Positions 39,841-50,360 of a DNA stretch of 64,000 nt are shown here, piece by piece (within the stretch, counting starts at the first letter, position 1; each line of letters opens with the position of its first letter). The stretch comes from Gammaproteobacteria bacterium (GTDB lineage Bacteria; Pseudomonadota; Gammaproteobacteria; Pseudomonadales; Azotimanducaceae). The stretch spans positions 20,725-84,724 of the forward strand of contig NZGG01000009.1 of assembly GCA_002690865.1 (NCBI GenBank), given 5' to 3'. Below the pieces are notes generated by a model. The model was not told the DNA's origin and did no database searches. It saw nothing but the letters and a program-made list of their open reading frames with translations. The translations under genes were made by a program, and so were the position numbers.

Positions 39841-40446
39841 CTAATCAATATTTGCTTTTTTACCAAATAAATGCCCCAGCTTCCCCTCCTTCGTTGCTAG
39901 GTATCTTGCATTGTGATCATTATGTCCCGTTTCAATCGGAATTCTTTGAGAAACCTCGATACCAATCTTCTCCATGGCTTTAATCTTAATTGGATTATTA
40001 GTCATAAGAGAAATTTTAGATATCTCGAGATAATGAAACATGTTCTTACACATCGTGTAGTCGCGTAGATCAACATCAAAACCAAGCCGCTCGTTGGCTT
40101 CTACTGTATCAGCCCCTTTATCCTGAAGCTCATACGCCCGAATTTTATTGAGAAGACCGATCCCTCTGCCTTCCTGTCGAAGGTAAAGTATTACCCCAGC
40201 ACCTGCAGCAGCAATTCGCGACATAGCAAGATCTAATTGTGAACCACAATCACACCGCATACTAAATAAAGAATCACCTGTAAGACACTCAGAATGCACT
40301 CGACAAAGAATATCATCCTTTCCGCATACTTCGCCAAGAACGAGGGCAATATGCTCCTTCCCTGTGTCAGGATCTTCGAAAATATGCATTATAAATTCAG
40401 CATGCTTTGTTGGTAACTTACAAGATGCTACATAAACTACTGTCAT
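39841..40446 (-). CDS. ribA: GTP cyclohydrolase II (monofunctional)
   Basis: 201 aa with RVHSECLTGDSLFSMRCDCGSQL (zinc site) and YLRQEGRGIGLLNKIRAY. Confidence 0.94.
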   Translation of the reverse strand: MTVVYVASCKLPTKHAEFIMHIFEDPDTGKEHIALVLGEVCGKDDILCRVHSECLTGDSLFSMRCDCGSQLDLAMSRIAAAGAGVILYLRQEGRGIGLLNKIRAYELQDKGADTVEANERLGFDVDLRDYTMCKNMFHYLEISKISLMTNNPIKIKAMEKIGIEVSQRIPIETGHNDHNARYLATKEGKLGHLFGKKANID

Positions 40447-40639
40447 GACCTCTCCTTGCTCATCCCAATTTTAGCAGTGAAGCACACTTCGCACTACAGT
40501 ACCCTAACGAAATAATGATTGGCGTTTAAGAATGATTTTAGGAATTGTCAGTTTCACTGGTTAAATTAATAGGAATAGAGAGTCTTAAACTTAAATGATA
40601 GGAAATAATTAGAGACACAAGACCAAGCTATTATTATGA

Positions 40640-41176
40640 CTAACTAGGTCCAAGACTAGCTATTCCATTCACGAATAGTTGCAATGTAATTAAAGCAAAA
40701 AGACCAGCAGCAACGTCATCCAACATAATTCCAATACCCCCTTCGAGCTTCCTGTCTAGATAACCAATCGGCCAAGGCTTGAGAATATCAAAAAACCTAA
40801 ATAGTAAAAACGTCAGAACAATAAAATACCAACCACTTGGGACAAATAGTAGAGCTATCCACAGCCCCAAAAACTCATCCCAGACGATCACACTGGCATC
40901 TTTTATTTTCAAACGTGCAGAAGCTGCCCCGCAAACGTAAATACCTAATAAAAACGATACTATAAGGTTAACAATATACATCCATAGAGGTAACAAACTT
41001 AGAGGGAAATAAAAAATCAGCGCCAGAAAAGAGCCAGCAGTACCTGGCGCTTTTTTAACTAGACCGCTACCAAAACCGAGTGCTAAACAATAGATAGGGT
41101 CCGAAATAGTTTCCCGTAAAGTTGGAGCTTTAGAAATGAGTGTATCCCTTAACATCAGCGGCAATTTTTTGTCCAT
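40640..41176 (-). CDS. pgpA: phosphatidylglycerophosphatase A
   Basis: 178 aa integral membrane protein with LALGFGSGL..APGTAGS, VIVWDEF and DILKPWP. It follows thiL as in E. coli. It overlaps the thiL 3' end by 26 or 47 nt, depending on the start chosen. Confidence 0.9.
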   Translation of the reverse strand: MDKKLPLMLRDTLISKAPTLRETISDPIYCLALGFGSGLVKKAPGTAGSFLALIFYFPLSLLPLWMYIVNLIVSFLLGIYVCGAASARLKIKDASVIVWDEFLGLWIALLFVPSGWYFIVLTFLLFRFFDILKPWPIGYLDRKLEGGIGIMLDDVAAGLFALITLQLFVNGIASLGPS

Positions 41177-42071
41177 CTTTTATAAGGGAGATGCCTTTTT
41201 TGGCGATAGTAGATCCGACTTGAGAAATCCGCGTCTTCTTTATTAGCGCCAATTTCCGAATATCATCAACAAAGCACGCCGGTACAGAAAAACATAATTC
41301 ATAATCATCACCACCATACAGCGCAAAATCTAGGGCTTCACTACCAGCATATGCACAAAGTGAATCACTTAAGAAAATATCACTAGTTTCTATTTCTGCT
41401 CCGATACCACTATCCTCACAAAGATGACTTAAATCAGCTAAAAATCCATCGGAGATATCAATACATGCAGAAGCTCGCCCTATTAAGCTCTCCGCAAACT
41501 CTACCTGAGGCGACGGATAAAAATAAGCCGATTTCAGCAAATTATGTGTGTTCAACTGCTCTTCAACGACTTTGAGTCCAGCAGCTGCCATACCGAGTTC
41601 ACCTGTCACAAATATCGCTTCATCAACTTTGGCACTACTGCGGAGGAGTGCAGCACCCCTAGGAACGGTACCCAGCACCGTAATCGTAACAGCCAATGGT
41701 CCCTTTGCAATATTCCCACCAACCAACATTATCTGATGGAGCTTTGAAAGCTCCGACAACCTGTCAGCAAAGCAGGAGAGCCAGCTATTTATAGCTTCCG
41801 GCATAGTAAGAGATAACAGAAAGCTAACTGGCGAGGCTCCCATCGCACAAAGATCACTAAGATTTGCTACAAGTGATCTGTGTGCAACAATTGCTCCCGA
41901 ACAATCGACAGGGAAGTGAACTCCAGATATCAGTGTATCTGTCGAAGTACAAAGTTCAAAATCTGTGTGCTGTTTAAGTACTGCACAGTCATCGCCGGAC
42001 CCCACCACCACCGAGGGATGCTGAAAACCAATCCCTGTAAAGTACTTATCGATTATTGAAAATTCATCCAT
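41130..42071 (-). CDS. thiL: thiamine-monophosphate kinase
   Basis: MDEFSIIDKYF...GSGDDCAVL. AIR-synthase-like fold. Start trimmed to the ATG at 42071, one nt after the nusB stop. Confidence 0.92.
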   Translation of the reverse strand: MDEFSIIDKYFTGIGFQHPSVVVGSGDDCAVLKQHTDFELCTSTDTLISGVHFPVDCSGAIVAHRSLVANLSDLCAMGASPVSFLLSLTMPEAINSWLSCFADRLSELSKLHQIMLVGGNIAKGPLAVTITVLGTVPRGAALLRSSAKVDEAIFVTGELGMAAAGLKVVEEQLNTHNLLKSAYFYPSPQVEFAESLIGRASACIDISDGFLADLSHLCEDSGIGAEIETSDIFLSDSLCAYAGSEALDFALYGGDDYELCFSVPACFVDDIRKLALIKKTRISQVGSTIAKKGISLIKDGQKIAADVKGYTHF

Positions 42072-42072
42072 A

Positions 42073-42486
42073 TTAGTTATCACTATCTCGATAACTCTTT
42101 AGCGCATCCAAAATTGAATTCACATAACGATAGCTCTCCGCAGCACCGAATTCTTTTGCTAGTTCGATACCTTCGGCAATAACGACGCGAAAGGGGATAT
42201 CTAAACGATGAGCCATTTCATAACTTCCAATCAAAAGAATCGCTCTTTCAACTGGATCTATTTCCCGAACAGGTCGATCTAAAAAGGGTTCAACTAATTT
42301 CCAAAGCGAACTTTCCTCTTTGTCGACATTCGTTAGCAGCTCCTTGAAGTATGGTATGTCAGCATTGCCAATATATTCTCCGCTCAGGAATTGCTTAAGA
42401 ACCCCATCTGACTCATAACCCGTGATTTGTATTTGATACAAACCTTGCATAGCAAGTCTTCTTGCCTGACGCCTAGGATTACTCAA
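42073..42486 (-). CDS. nusB: transcription antitermination factor NusB
   Basis: 137 aa. [14 protein letters not shown] at the N-terminus. TTG start overlapping the ribH stop. ribH-nusB-thiL-pgpA synteny. Confidence 0.94.
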   Translation of the reverse strand: MSNPRRQARRLAMQGLYQIQITGYESDGVLKQFLSGEYIGNADIPYFKELLTNVDKEESSLWKLVEPFLDRPVREIDPVERAILLIGSYEMAHRLDIPFRVVIAEGIELAKEFGAAESYRYVNSILDALKSYRDSDN

Positions 42487-42946
42487 GAGTTCTCAACAAA
42501 CTAACCATCTCCAGAGCAGTCATGGCAGCATCTGAACCTTTATTACCCGCCTTCGAACCAGCACGCTCGATGGCCTCTTCTATTGTATTAGTCGTTAAAA
42601 CTCCAAAAATAACAGGAACATCTTCTTCAAGGGAAACTCGAGCTAATCCACTGGCACATTGGCTAGCCACATAATCAAAGTGCGGTGTCGCTCCTCGTAT
42701 AACCGCGCCAAGACAAATAATCACATCACTATCTCTTTGACGAGCAACTCGGCTAGCCACCAAAGGCAGTTCAAATGCTCCCGGAACTTTTAATATTGAA
42801 ATATTCGATGAGGGAACCCCATGGCGTGTTAACGTATCTAAGGTGCCTTGCTGCAACCCATCTACTATGAACTCATTAAATCGAGCTACTATGATAGAAA
42901 ACCTAGCCGTATTGGCTAAATAATCTCCTTCAGTTATCTTCTTCAT
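42479..42946 (-). CDS. ribH: 6,7-dimethyl-8-ribityllumazine synthase
   Basis: 155 aa with [21 protein letters not shown] and [16 protein letters not shown]. Confidence 0.96.
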   Translation of the reverse strand: MKKITEGDYLANTARFSIIVARFNEFIVDGLQQGTLDTLTRHGVPSSNISILKVPGAFELPLVASRVARQRDSDVIICLGAVIRGATPHFDYVASQCASGLARVSLEEDVPVIFGVLTTNTIEEAIERAGSKAGNKGSDAAMTALEMVSLLRTLE

Positions 42947-42962
42947 TTGACAGTCTCATTAT

Positions 42963-44060
42963 TTAATCCTTTACTGCTAACACACGCAGGTCGTCGCCGA
43001 CCATGTTTACATCCGTGATTCTTAGCTTCGAAATATCGTCCATATTATCAATTTCTAACAGTTTCAGTAATGACTGGGCGCCATTACCCATCAACTTGGG
43101 TGCTATGTAAAAAATTAGTTCATCGAAAAGTTTTTGCTGCACTAAGGAACCAGCAAGTGTTGCCCCACATTCGAACAAAACTTCATTACACTCCAACTGA
43201 CCTAGCAAAGCTAAAAAATCACTTAGCTTTACCCTACCATCAACATCTCGTTCAATTTGAAGAGTTTGCATAGGTGTTCTTATCGAGGAACAACTCACTA
43301 ATACAGCATTACTATCTGATGACAGTTTTGCGTCTTTAGGGATGCGCCCATTTGAGTCCAATATATAAATTGGTTTCTCTAGTACACTGGCCAGTTTCGC
43401 ATGCATGTGATCTAACTCTCCAAAGCGAACTTGAAGCGAAGGATCGTCATCTATTACTGTCTGCACACCTGTGACAATGGCCGAGCTTCTCGCCCTTAAT
43501 CGCTGTACATCATATCTCGCAAATTTCCCAGTGATCCAGCGGCTTTGTCCATTAGCCAACGCAGTTTTTCCATCCAAGCTCATAGCCAATTTTAATCGCA
43601 CATAAGGCATTCCTGTCTCATGTCTTTTCACATGGCCAGGGTTAAGTGCTCGTGCTGATTTCTCCAATAAAGGCGTGGTTACCTGAACCCCTGCATCCCG
43701 AAGAATTTGAAAACCAGCTCCAGCATTCCTAGGATCGGGATCTGCCATCGCACCTACAACACGCACAATGCCGGCTTCTATCAACGCAGAAGCGCAAGAA
43801 CGTGTTCTCCCCTCGAAACTACAAGGCTCAAGTGTCACATAAGCAGTAGATCCCCTAGCCTGACTACCAGCAATTCTAAGAGCGATAGCCTCGGCATGCT
43901 CCTCACCCGCGCGAAGATGGTAACCCTCACTAATAATCTTACCTTCTTTCACGAGAACACAACCAACTCGCGGATTTGGATGAGTAGTATAAATTCCTTG
44001 ACCAGCTATTCTCAACGCCCTGGCCAAGTATCCAGTGTCACTTTTTTTTATGCTTAACAC
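42963..44060 (-). CDS. ribD: bifunctional riboflavin biosynthesis deaminase/reductase RibD
   Basis: 365 aa. Deaminase zinc motifs HAEAIAL and [15 protein letters not shown]-terminal reductase domain. GTG start overlapping the nrdR 3' end by 23 nt. Confidence 0.95.
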   Translation of the reverse strand: MLSIKKSDTGYLARALRIAGQGIYTTHPNPRVGCVLVKEGKIISEGYHLRAGEEHAEAIALRIAGSQARGSTAYVTLEPCSFEGRTRSCASALIEAGIVRVVGAMADPDPRNAGAGFQILRDAGVQVTTPLLEKSARALNPGHVKRHETGMPYVRLKLAMSLDGKTALANGQSRWITGKFARYDVQRLRARSSAIVTGVQTVIDDDPSLQVRFGELDHMHAKLASVLEKPIYILDSNGRIPKDAKLSSDSNAVLVSCSSIRTPMQTLQIERDVDGRVKLSDFLALLGQLECNEVLFECGATLAGSLVQQKLFDELIFYIAPKLMGNGAQSLLKLLEIDNMDDISKLRITDVNMVGDDLRVLAVKD

Positions 44061-44511
44061 CCTTCTTTCCCATCTTTTCGATTTCCTGCTGAAATTCGTT
44101 TACATCCTGAAAGCTGCGATAAACAGACGCAAACCTAACGTAGGCTACTTCGTCTAAATCCCTCAGGGCTTGCATTACTAGTTCTCCTACTTCCCGTGTT
44201 TTTATCTCCCTCTCACCAGTGGCTCTAAGCTGATGCTTAATTCTATTTAACGTTAGCTCTATCTCTTCTAGGCTTACCGGGCGCTTCTCTAGGGCACGTT
44301 GGAGACCATTCCTCAACTTTCCTTCATCAAATGGCTGCCGATTACCATCATTCTTTATTACACGAGGCAACAATAGCTCAGGACTTTCAAATGTCGTAAA
44401 TCGCTCACCACAACTTAGGCACTCTCTGCGACGGCGCACCTGCCCTCCATCAGATATTAGTCGTGAGTCAATAACCTTGGTTTCAATGTCGTTACAAAAT
44501 GGGCAATGCAA
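44038..44511 (-). CDS. nrdR: transcriptional repressor NrdR
   Basis: 157 aa. (M)HCPFCND...[17 protein letters not shown] zinc ribbon plus ATP-cone. The codon before HCPFC is TTG, so this is a non-ATG start. Confidence 0.95.
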   Translation of the reverse strand: MHCPFCNDIETKVIDSRLISDGGQVRRRRECLSCGERFTTFESPELLLPRVIKNDGNRQPFDEGKLRNGLQRALEKRPVSLEEIELTLNRIKHQLRATGEREIKTREVGELVMQALRDLDEVAYVRFASVYRSFQDVNEFQQEIEKMGKKGVKHKKK

Positions 44512-44950
44512 AGCTAATCACCAATTCTCAATTTTCGCCATGACAATTAAATTCTACTGTATCCGAAACAGCGACACATTCAAAAGAACTGAAGTAAATC
44601 GCGTTATCAAGGTACCACAAACAAATTTGTGATGAATAATGGCTTAATAAGCTTCCATACAGCTCCCTTGATCATATTGATACATCAAAATGAATACTGC
44701 TAAAAGCCTAATCTTTGTGCCACCATTCATGAAGAATGGGGATAGGGACTACTCGGATTAAATACAGAACAGAATTCTAATTGAGCTAGGATATTAGCGG
44801 TAGTTGATCAAAAGCTAACTGCAGAAATAAAAGCACGCACAGGTTCCAGAGAAATAGCTATGCTATCTAAAAGTTGGAATTCAAATGAAGCACCAAGAGT
44901 AGTCAGTCAAACAAATCTAACCAAGCCGTAGCCCTCGCCACTAAGAACTT

Positions 44951-46297
44951 TTAGATAGAATCTGCCGCGTCTAAGGCTTCTTGTAATGAGGAAACACCAA
45001 TAACTTCAATACCGGAAAATGTTTGGCGTGTAGTATTTGCAATTGGCACAATGGCTTTAGTAAACCCATGTTTTTGGGCTTCTTTAATCCTCTCCTGCCC
45101 ATTGGCTACTGGCCTAATCTCACCTGATAGACCAATCTCACCAAATACTATAAGGTCTTTTGAAAGGCGATGATCGCGGAAACTTGAAACCACAGCCAAG
45201 ACTAACGCGAGATCACTGCTAGTTTCATTGATTCGTATACCACCGACAGCATTTACAAAAACATCTTGATCAGCAACGTGCAATCCACCATGGCGATGAA
45301 GAACTGCAAGCAACATTGCTAACCGATTAAGTTCAAAACCAACGCTCACACGCCTAGGGTTACCTAGCACCGAGTCATCTACTAGAGCTTGAGCTTCTAC
45401 AAGTAATGGCCTACTCCCCTCATAGACCACCATGACCACACTACCAGGTGAGATTTGTTCACCTCTTGAAAGGAATATAGCTGATGGATTAGATACCTCT
45501 CGCATCCCATCGGGGGCCATAGCAAAGATACCAACCTCGTTAATAGCGCCAAAACGGTTTTTACTGCTACGAAGTGTACGGTACCGACTATCGTATTGCT
45601 CATCAAACATGATGAAGGTGTCAATCATATGTTCCAGTATACGAGGACCCGCGAGATTACCGTCCTTCGTAACATGACCGACCATGATGAGAATAGTACT
45701 AGTTTGTTTCGCATGGCGTATTAATGCAGCAGCCGACTCTCGCACCTGAGTGATACTTCCTGGCGCGGAATCTGTCAGGTTTGTATGCATGGCCTGAATT
45801 GAATCTATAACGCATATCGAAGGCTTAGACTGAGACCAAGAACTCAGAATCATTTCAATATTTGTTTCAGCCATTACCATTATTTTATCTGTGTCAAGCT
45901 TTAAACGCTGAGCACGAGCAGCAACCTGGGAGAGACTTTCTTCACCAGTAACGTATAACATCACACCTTCTGTTAAAACACCACAGAGAACTTGAAGCAA
46001 CAAAGTACTTTTCCCTGCTCCTGGGTTACCGCTAATCAAAATAGCAGAACCCGCTACCATACCTCCCCCTAAGACTCGATCCAATTCGCCTAAACCTGAT
46101 GACAATCGTGACTCTTTTTCAGTTGTGATTTCGCTCAGTACTTTTAGACCAGTATTTTCACCAGCATAAGTTGGTGTATTAGCGACACGAAGTTGACTGA
46201 GAGTATTCCACGCTCCACAACCATTACATTGTCCCTGCCACTTAGCATACCTAGCATTACAGTCTGCGCATACAAAGACTATTTTGTCCTTAGGCAC
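44951..46297 (-). CDS. radA: DNA repair protein RadA/Sms
   Basis: 448 aa. N-terminal zinc ribbon (CADCNARYAKWQGQCNGCGAWN), Walker A GNPGAGKST, KNRFG motif and a Lon-like C-terminal domain. GTG start. Confidence 0.96.
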   Translation of the reverse strand: MPKDKIVFVCADCNARYAKWQGQCNGCGAWNTLSQLRVANTPTYAGENTGLKVLSEITTEKESRLSSGLGELDRVLGGGMVAGSAILISGNPGAGKSTLLLQVLCGVLTEGVMLYVTGEESLSQVAARAQRLKLDTDKIMVMAETNIEMILSSWSQSKPSICVIDSIQAMHTNLTDSAPGSITQVRESAAALIRHAKQTSTILIMVGHVTKDGNLAGPRILEHMIDTFIMFDEQYDSRYRTLRSSKNRFGAINEVGIFAMAPDGMREVSNPSAIFLSRGEQISPGSVVMVVYEGSRPLLVEAQALVDDSVLGNPRRVSVGFELNRLAMLLAVLHRHGGLHVADQDVFVNAVGGIRINETSSDLALVLAVVSSFRDHRLSKDLIVFGEIGLSGEIRPVANGQERIKEAQKHGFTKAIVPIANTTRQTFSGIEVIGVSSLQEALDAADSI

Positions 46298-47352
46298 TAA
46301 AAGTAATTCCTTCGAACCCGGTTACCAACACCGCACATCAAGGTATAGGGGATCGTATTCGACTTCCCAGCAACTTCTTCTATCTGTAAAATATTTCCCC
46401 ACAATTCCGCAGTCTCGCCAACTGCGACCGAATCGCTCTCTTCCAATTCGACACAAATCATATCCATAGAAACCCTACCCACGATCTTTCTCGTAAGACC
46501 ACTCAGTATTACTGTGCCATTGGTGATTTCTCTAGGGTAGCCATCTGCATAGCCAATACCAAGAACAGCTACGCGAGTATCTTTTTCAGCTACCCAAGTT
46601 CGGCCATAACCAACCGACTGCGAAGCATGTATTTTATTTATCGCTATAACCGGTGCTGAAAACGTCATCACTGATTTTAGCTCTGGTATGGCACGATCAT
46701 AAGGCGAGCCTCCATACAACATAATCCCGGGGCGGACCCAGTCTAAATGAGAGTCTGGAAAACTGAGTACCCCCGCTGAATTTGCAATGCTCAGAGGCAA
46801 GCTAAACGATTTTGTTTCAGAAACAAACGTTTCTACTTGCGCGTCTGTGAAGGCTTTATTTGAATCAGCGCTTGCTAAGTGACTCATGATGCCCACGACA
46901 TTACGCGATTTAAGTTTAAGCAAGGCCCTACCAAGCGAAGATGTGGGAAATCCTAGACGATTCATTCCAGTCGTCACTTTAACCCAAACCCTTCCAGGAA
47001 ACTGTTGTTTATTTAGGAGATCAATTTGATATTTTGAGTGCACAACCAGATCTAATTGCAATTCAGAAGTTAGTCGCAATTCATTTGCATTGAGAATACC
47101 CTCCAGAATCACTACTGGTGCTTCAATACCACCACGACGTAATTCCAAAGCCTCATCAAAACGGGCAACGCCAAAGCTATCTGCATTTTTAAGACATCGA
47201 GCGACATCAACGGCACCATGACCATAGGCATCTGCTTTCACAATTGCCATTACCTGGCTTTTTGGCGCCTTAGCGTGAACAATAGAGAGATTATGCTTGA
47301 TTGCATTTAAGTTTACATTGGCACCGATTAAAGAACTCACTAACGGCCCCAT
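46297..47352 (-). CDS. alr: alanine racemase
   Basis: 351 aa. PLP-lysine motif MAIVKADAYGHG. C-terminal beta domain. dnaB-alr adjacency. Confidence 0.93.
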   Translation of the reverse strand: MGPLVSSLIGANVNLNAIKHNLSIVHAKAPKSQVMAIVKADAYGHGAVDVARCLKNADSFGVARFDEALELRRGGIEAPVVILEGILNANELRLTSELQLDLVVHSKYQIDLLNKQQFPGRVWVKVTTGMNRLGFPTSSLGRALLKLKSRNVVGIMSHLASADSNKAFTDAQVETFVSETKSFSLPLSIANSAGVLSFPDSHLDWVRPGIMLYGGSPYDRAIPELKSVMTFSAPVIAINKIHASQSVGYGRTWVAEKDTRVAVLGIGYADGYPREITNGTVILSGLTRKIVGRVSMDMICVELEESDSVAVGETAELWGNILQIEEVAGKSNTIPYTLMCGVGNRVRRNYF

Positions 47353-47388
47353 TTACAGACTAAAATAAATGCCAATCGCGTTTTTACT

Positions 47389-48756
47389 TCAGTACGAATC
47401 GTCATAACCCTGAGCTAAGTCTTCGAACTTTGTATAACGACCAATAAAGGCAAGTTTTACTTTACCAATGGGACCGTTACGTTGTTTCAAAATGATTATC
47501 TCCGCAACACCTTGCTCTGCATCATCGTGATAGACCTCGTCACGATAAATAGCCATAATGACATCAGCATCTTGCTCGATCGCACCCGATTCTCTCAAAT
47601 CTGACATCACAGGCCTCTTGTCAGGGCGCTGTTCGAGGCTACGATTAAGCTGCGATCCCGCAACTACTGGACAATCAAATTCTTTTGCAATCGCTTTAAG
47701 CGATCTTGAAATCTCAGAAATTTCCCCCGCCCGATTCTCCACAGTTCCAGCAACCTGCATAAGCTGCAAATAATCAATTAATATCATACCCAAGTTACCA
47801 TGTTCTCTAGCGACTCGACGGGCTCGAGCGCGAATCTCATTCGTGGTTAGGGCAGCAGTGTCATCGACAAATAAAGGACAGTCGTTAAGTAGAGTTACCG
47901 CGGAAGTAAGTCGTGGCCAGTCATCATCGCCCAATTGACCTGACCTAATCTTTGACTGATCGATGCTACCCAAGGAAGAAAGCATTCTTAAGATGAGCGA
48001 GTCTGCTGGCATCTCCATACTAAAAACTAGCACCGGCTGACCTGCCGATATTACAGCTTTCTCTGCCATATTCATCATAAAAGAAGTTTTTCCCATTGAG
48101 GGCCTTCCTGCAACAACGATTAGATCCGATTTTTGCAAACCAGAGGTAATTTCGTCTATATCACTGAAACCAGTACTTGTCCCCGTGAGAGCCCCCTTAC
48201 TTTCATAAAGCTCATCTATTCTTGTGACAGCTTTTTTAAGAAGAGGATTTATTGATTGAGGTCCACCTGCATTTGGCCGCTCATCTCCAATTTTAAATAC
48301 CTTTGATTCAGCTTCATTGATCAATGTTGCGCTATCGCGGCCCTGAGTGTTGAAGCCACTATCAGCAATTTCATTCGCGGCAGCGATTAACTTCCTAACC
48401 GTAGCTCTTTCTTGGACTATTTCAGCGTAAGCACGGATATTAGACGCGGTTGGCGTGTTCGAAGCAAGTTCAGAGATATAGGACAGCCCCCCAAGACCCT
48501 GAAGCTCATTCACTTCATCTAGCGCATCGGAAACAGTTATCACATCAATCGGTTTGTTATGCTCCGCTAAAGATTGCATACAGCGAAATATATTACGGTG
48601 GTCACCACGATAGAAATCTTCAGGTCCGATAATACCTGCGATGGCATCCCATGCTGCATCGTCAAGAAGCAGGCCTCCCAACACAGAGGCCTCTGCCTCA
48701 ATAGAATGGGGCGGAACTTTTAGGAGCGTCGTCGTATCGTTTGGAACAGTGGCCAC
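47389..48756 (-). CDS. dnaB: replicative DNA helicase DnaB
   Basis: 455 aa with KVPPHSIEAEASVLGGLLLD, Walker A GRPSMGKTS and IDYLQLM. GTG start. No intein. Confidence 0.97.
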   Translation of the reverse strand: MATVPNDTTTLLKVPPHSIEAEASVLGGLLLDDAAWDAIAGIIGPEDFYRGDHRNIFRCMQSLAEHNKPIDVITVSDALDEVNELQGLGGLSYISELASNTPTASNIRAYAEIVQERATVRKLIAAANEIADSGFNTQGRDSATLINEAESKVFKIGDERPNAGGPQSINPLLKKAVTRIDELYESKGALTGTSTGFSDIDEITSGLQKSDLIVVAGRPSMGKTSFMMNMAEKAVISAGQPVLVFSMEMPADSLILRMLSSLGSIDQSKIRSGQLGDDDWPRLTSAVTLLNDCPLFVDDTAALTTNEIRARARRVAREHGNLGMILIDYLQLMQVAGTVENRAGEISEISRSLKAIAKEFDCPVVAGSQLNRSLEQRPDKRPVMSDLRESGAIEQDADVIMAIYRDEVYHDDAEQGVAEIIILKQRNGPIGKVKLAFIGRYTKFEDLAQGYDDSY

Positions 48757-48828
48757 GCCAACAACCGAGTATTTGGGGTAGGTAGACTAAATCATCATAC
48801 TAGGATTGAACACTTTTTTTTTGAAATC

Positions 48829-49278
48829 TTAAGTTTCGGCAACGACGGTTAACTGAATAATAGCGTCTACTTCGCTGTGCAGGTGAATATCGATCTCAAA
48901 CTTTCCTATTTCTCTAATTGGGCCCTCAGGCAAACGAACCTCGCTTTTTTCAAGTGCTATACCTCGTGCTGTCATTGCCTCAGCAACATCACGACCACCA
49001 ATAGAACCAAAGAGTTTACCTTCCTCACCTGCCTTCATAGTAATCGTTAGTTCTGTTGAGCTAATTATTTTAGCTCGCTCTTCAGCTGAATCTTTATTCT
49101 CATCCGCCAAGCGCTCCAACTCTGCTCGTCTTGATTCAAAATGCTGAATATTATCTTCAGTTGCGGGGACGGCTTTGTGTTGAGGAATTAAGTAATTTCT
49201 TCCATAACCGGCCTTAACAGAGACCTCCTCACCCAAATCTCCCAAATTCGTAATTTTCTCTAAAAGTATTACTTTCAT
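48829..49278 (-). CDS. rplI: 50S ribosomal protein L9
   Basis: 149 aa beginning [32 protein letters not shown]. Confidence 0.97.
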   Translation of the reverse strand: MKVILLEKITNLGDLGEEVSVKAGYGRNYLIPQHKAVPATEDNIQHFESRRAELERLADENKDSAEERAKIISSTELTITMKAGEEGKLFGSIGGRDVAEAMTARGIALEKSEVRLPEGPIREIGKFEIDIHLHSEVDAIIQLTVVAET

Positions 49279-49280
49279 AC

Positions 49281-50120
49281 CTACACCTTATTAATTAACA
49301 GTCTTTGTCGAATATTCAGATAACCATCAAGTAGCGCGAGCACAGTTAAAATTGGATAGATCAACTGAAAGAAAAATATCAGTAATAAATAAAAAACTAA
49401 CACCCAAGCGCCTGAGAGGCTCCGGTAATTTACAATCCAATGCACTATAGCCAAGCCAGACACAGCCAGCGGCATAGTCAAAAGCGGCATCCAGCGACTC
49501 AATGATTCTCCGAACAAAACACATGCGATAATCAAAATCAGAATAGCACTACTAAATATGGGCGTAACCCTTATCTGATGAAACTCCAGTTTAAATTCCC
49601 CGGGGTTATATAACTGACTTTGCCACCAGCGAGCTAAAATAAGAAAAGCGAACATCATATAGGCCTGTAACATCGCGAATCCACCGAGAAATTGGCCTTC
49701 AGCAGACTCATACGTCATCTCGACCGAAAATTGCTTTTGGATTTCTATATAAAGGTTCACAAATAAAATCAGGACATCCGAAGCAGTATACTGAAATACT
49801 AAACTAGCGATTACGGATAACACCAGTGTAGTGGCTAAGGTTAACTCCCAAGACACAGTAACCCTAAGAACATAAGCAAGTATTGCTGCACCAATTACCG
49901 CGTTAGCGGAAGACGGGTCTCCCATGAAATAAATACTTAAGCCGAGGGGTAGCAGAGTCCACAGAAGCACTATTGAGCCGTCAAGTCCCCCTTTTCGCAA
50001 GAACACAAGACTGACTATTGCCCCACTAACCCAGGACATCAAAGGGACTATTGCACCTACCATGCTCAATCCAATGGCATAAGAACGTCCGCGCATGGCA
50101 AATTCTGCTAAGGCACGCAT
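49281..50120 (-). CDS. uncharacterised polytopic inner-membrane protein embedded between rpsR and rplI
   Basis: 279 aa with about 7-8 hydrophobic segments and no recognisable motif. It is 10 nt downstream of rpsR and 2 nt upstream of rplI. Confidence 0.75.
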   Translation of the reverse strand: MRALAEFAMRGRSYAIGLSMVGAIVPLMSWVSGAIVSLVFLRKGGLDGSIVLLWTLLPLGLSIYFMGDPSSANAVIGAAILAYVLRVTVSWELTLATTLVLSVIASLVFQYTASDVLILFVNLYIEIQKQFSVEMTYESAEGQFLGGFAMLQAYMMFAFLILARWWQSQLYNPGEFKLEFHQIRVTPIFSSAILILIIACVLFGESLSRWMPLLTMPLAVSGLAIVHWIVNYRSLSGAWVLVFYLLLIFFFQLIYPILTVLALLDGYLNIRQRLLINKV

Positions 50121-50130
50121 TTACATCGAG

Positions 50131-50358
50131 TTACTTATGGGCGTCAGTATAGGGTAATAACGAAAGAAACCTTGCTCGTTTAATCGCCTTAGCAAGTTGA
50201 CGCTGATATCGAGCTTTTGTTCCTGTGATACGACTAGGTACGATTTTTCCGGTCTCAGAGATAAAGGCCTTTAACAATTCCAGGTCCTTATAATCTATCT
50301 CTTCTATTCCCTCTGCAGTAAATCGACAATATTTTCTACGACGATAAAACCTTGACAT
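50131..50358 (-). CDS. rpsR: 30S ribosomal protein S18
   Basis: 75 aa. [25 protein letters not shown] is the S18 signature. Confidence 0.97.
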   Translation of the reverse strand: MSRFYRRRKYCRFTAEGIEEIDYKDLELLKAFISETGKIVPSRITGTKARYQRQLAKAIKRARFLSLLPYTDAHK

Positions 50359-50360
50359 AA

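Noticed and set aside
40447-40639. Possible FMN riboswitch upstream of ribA, or in the 16-nt ribD-ribH junction.
   Set aside because: None of the conserved FMN-element segments I remember (e.g. GGGCGGGGTGAAATTCCC-like) is present, and the ribD-ribH spacer is far too short.
44700-44790. 29-codon minus-strand mini-ORF (MNGGTKIRLLAVFILMYQYDQGSCMEAY) in the radA-nrdR spacer, considered as a possible small toxin or leader peptide.
   Set aside because: It has no Shine-Dalgarno sequence, no partner gene and no recognisable family. It is indistinguishable from a random ORF in AT-rich DNA.
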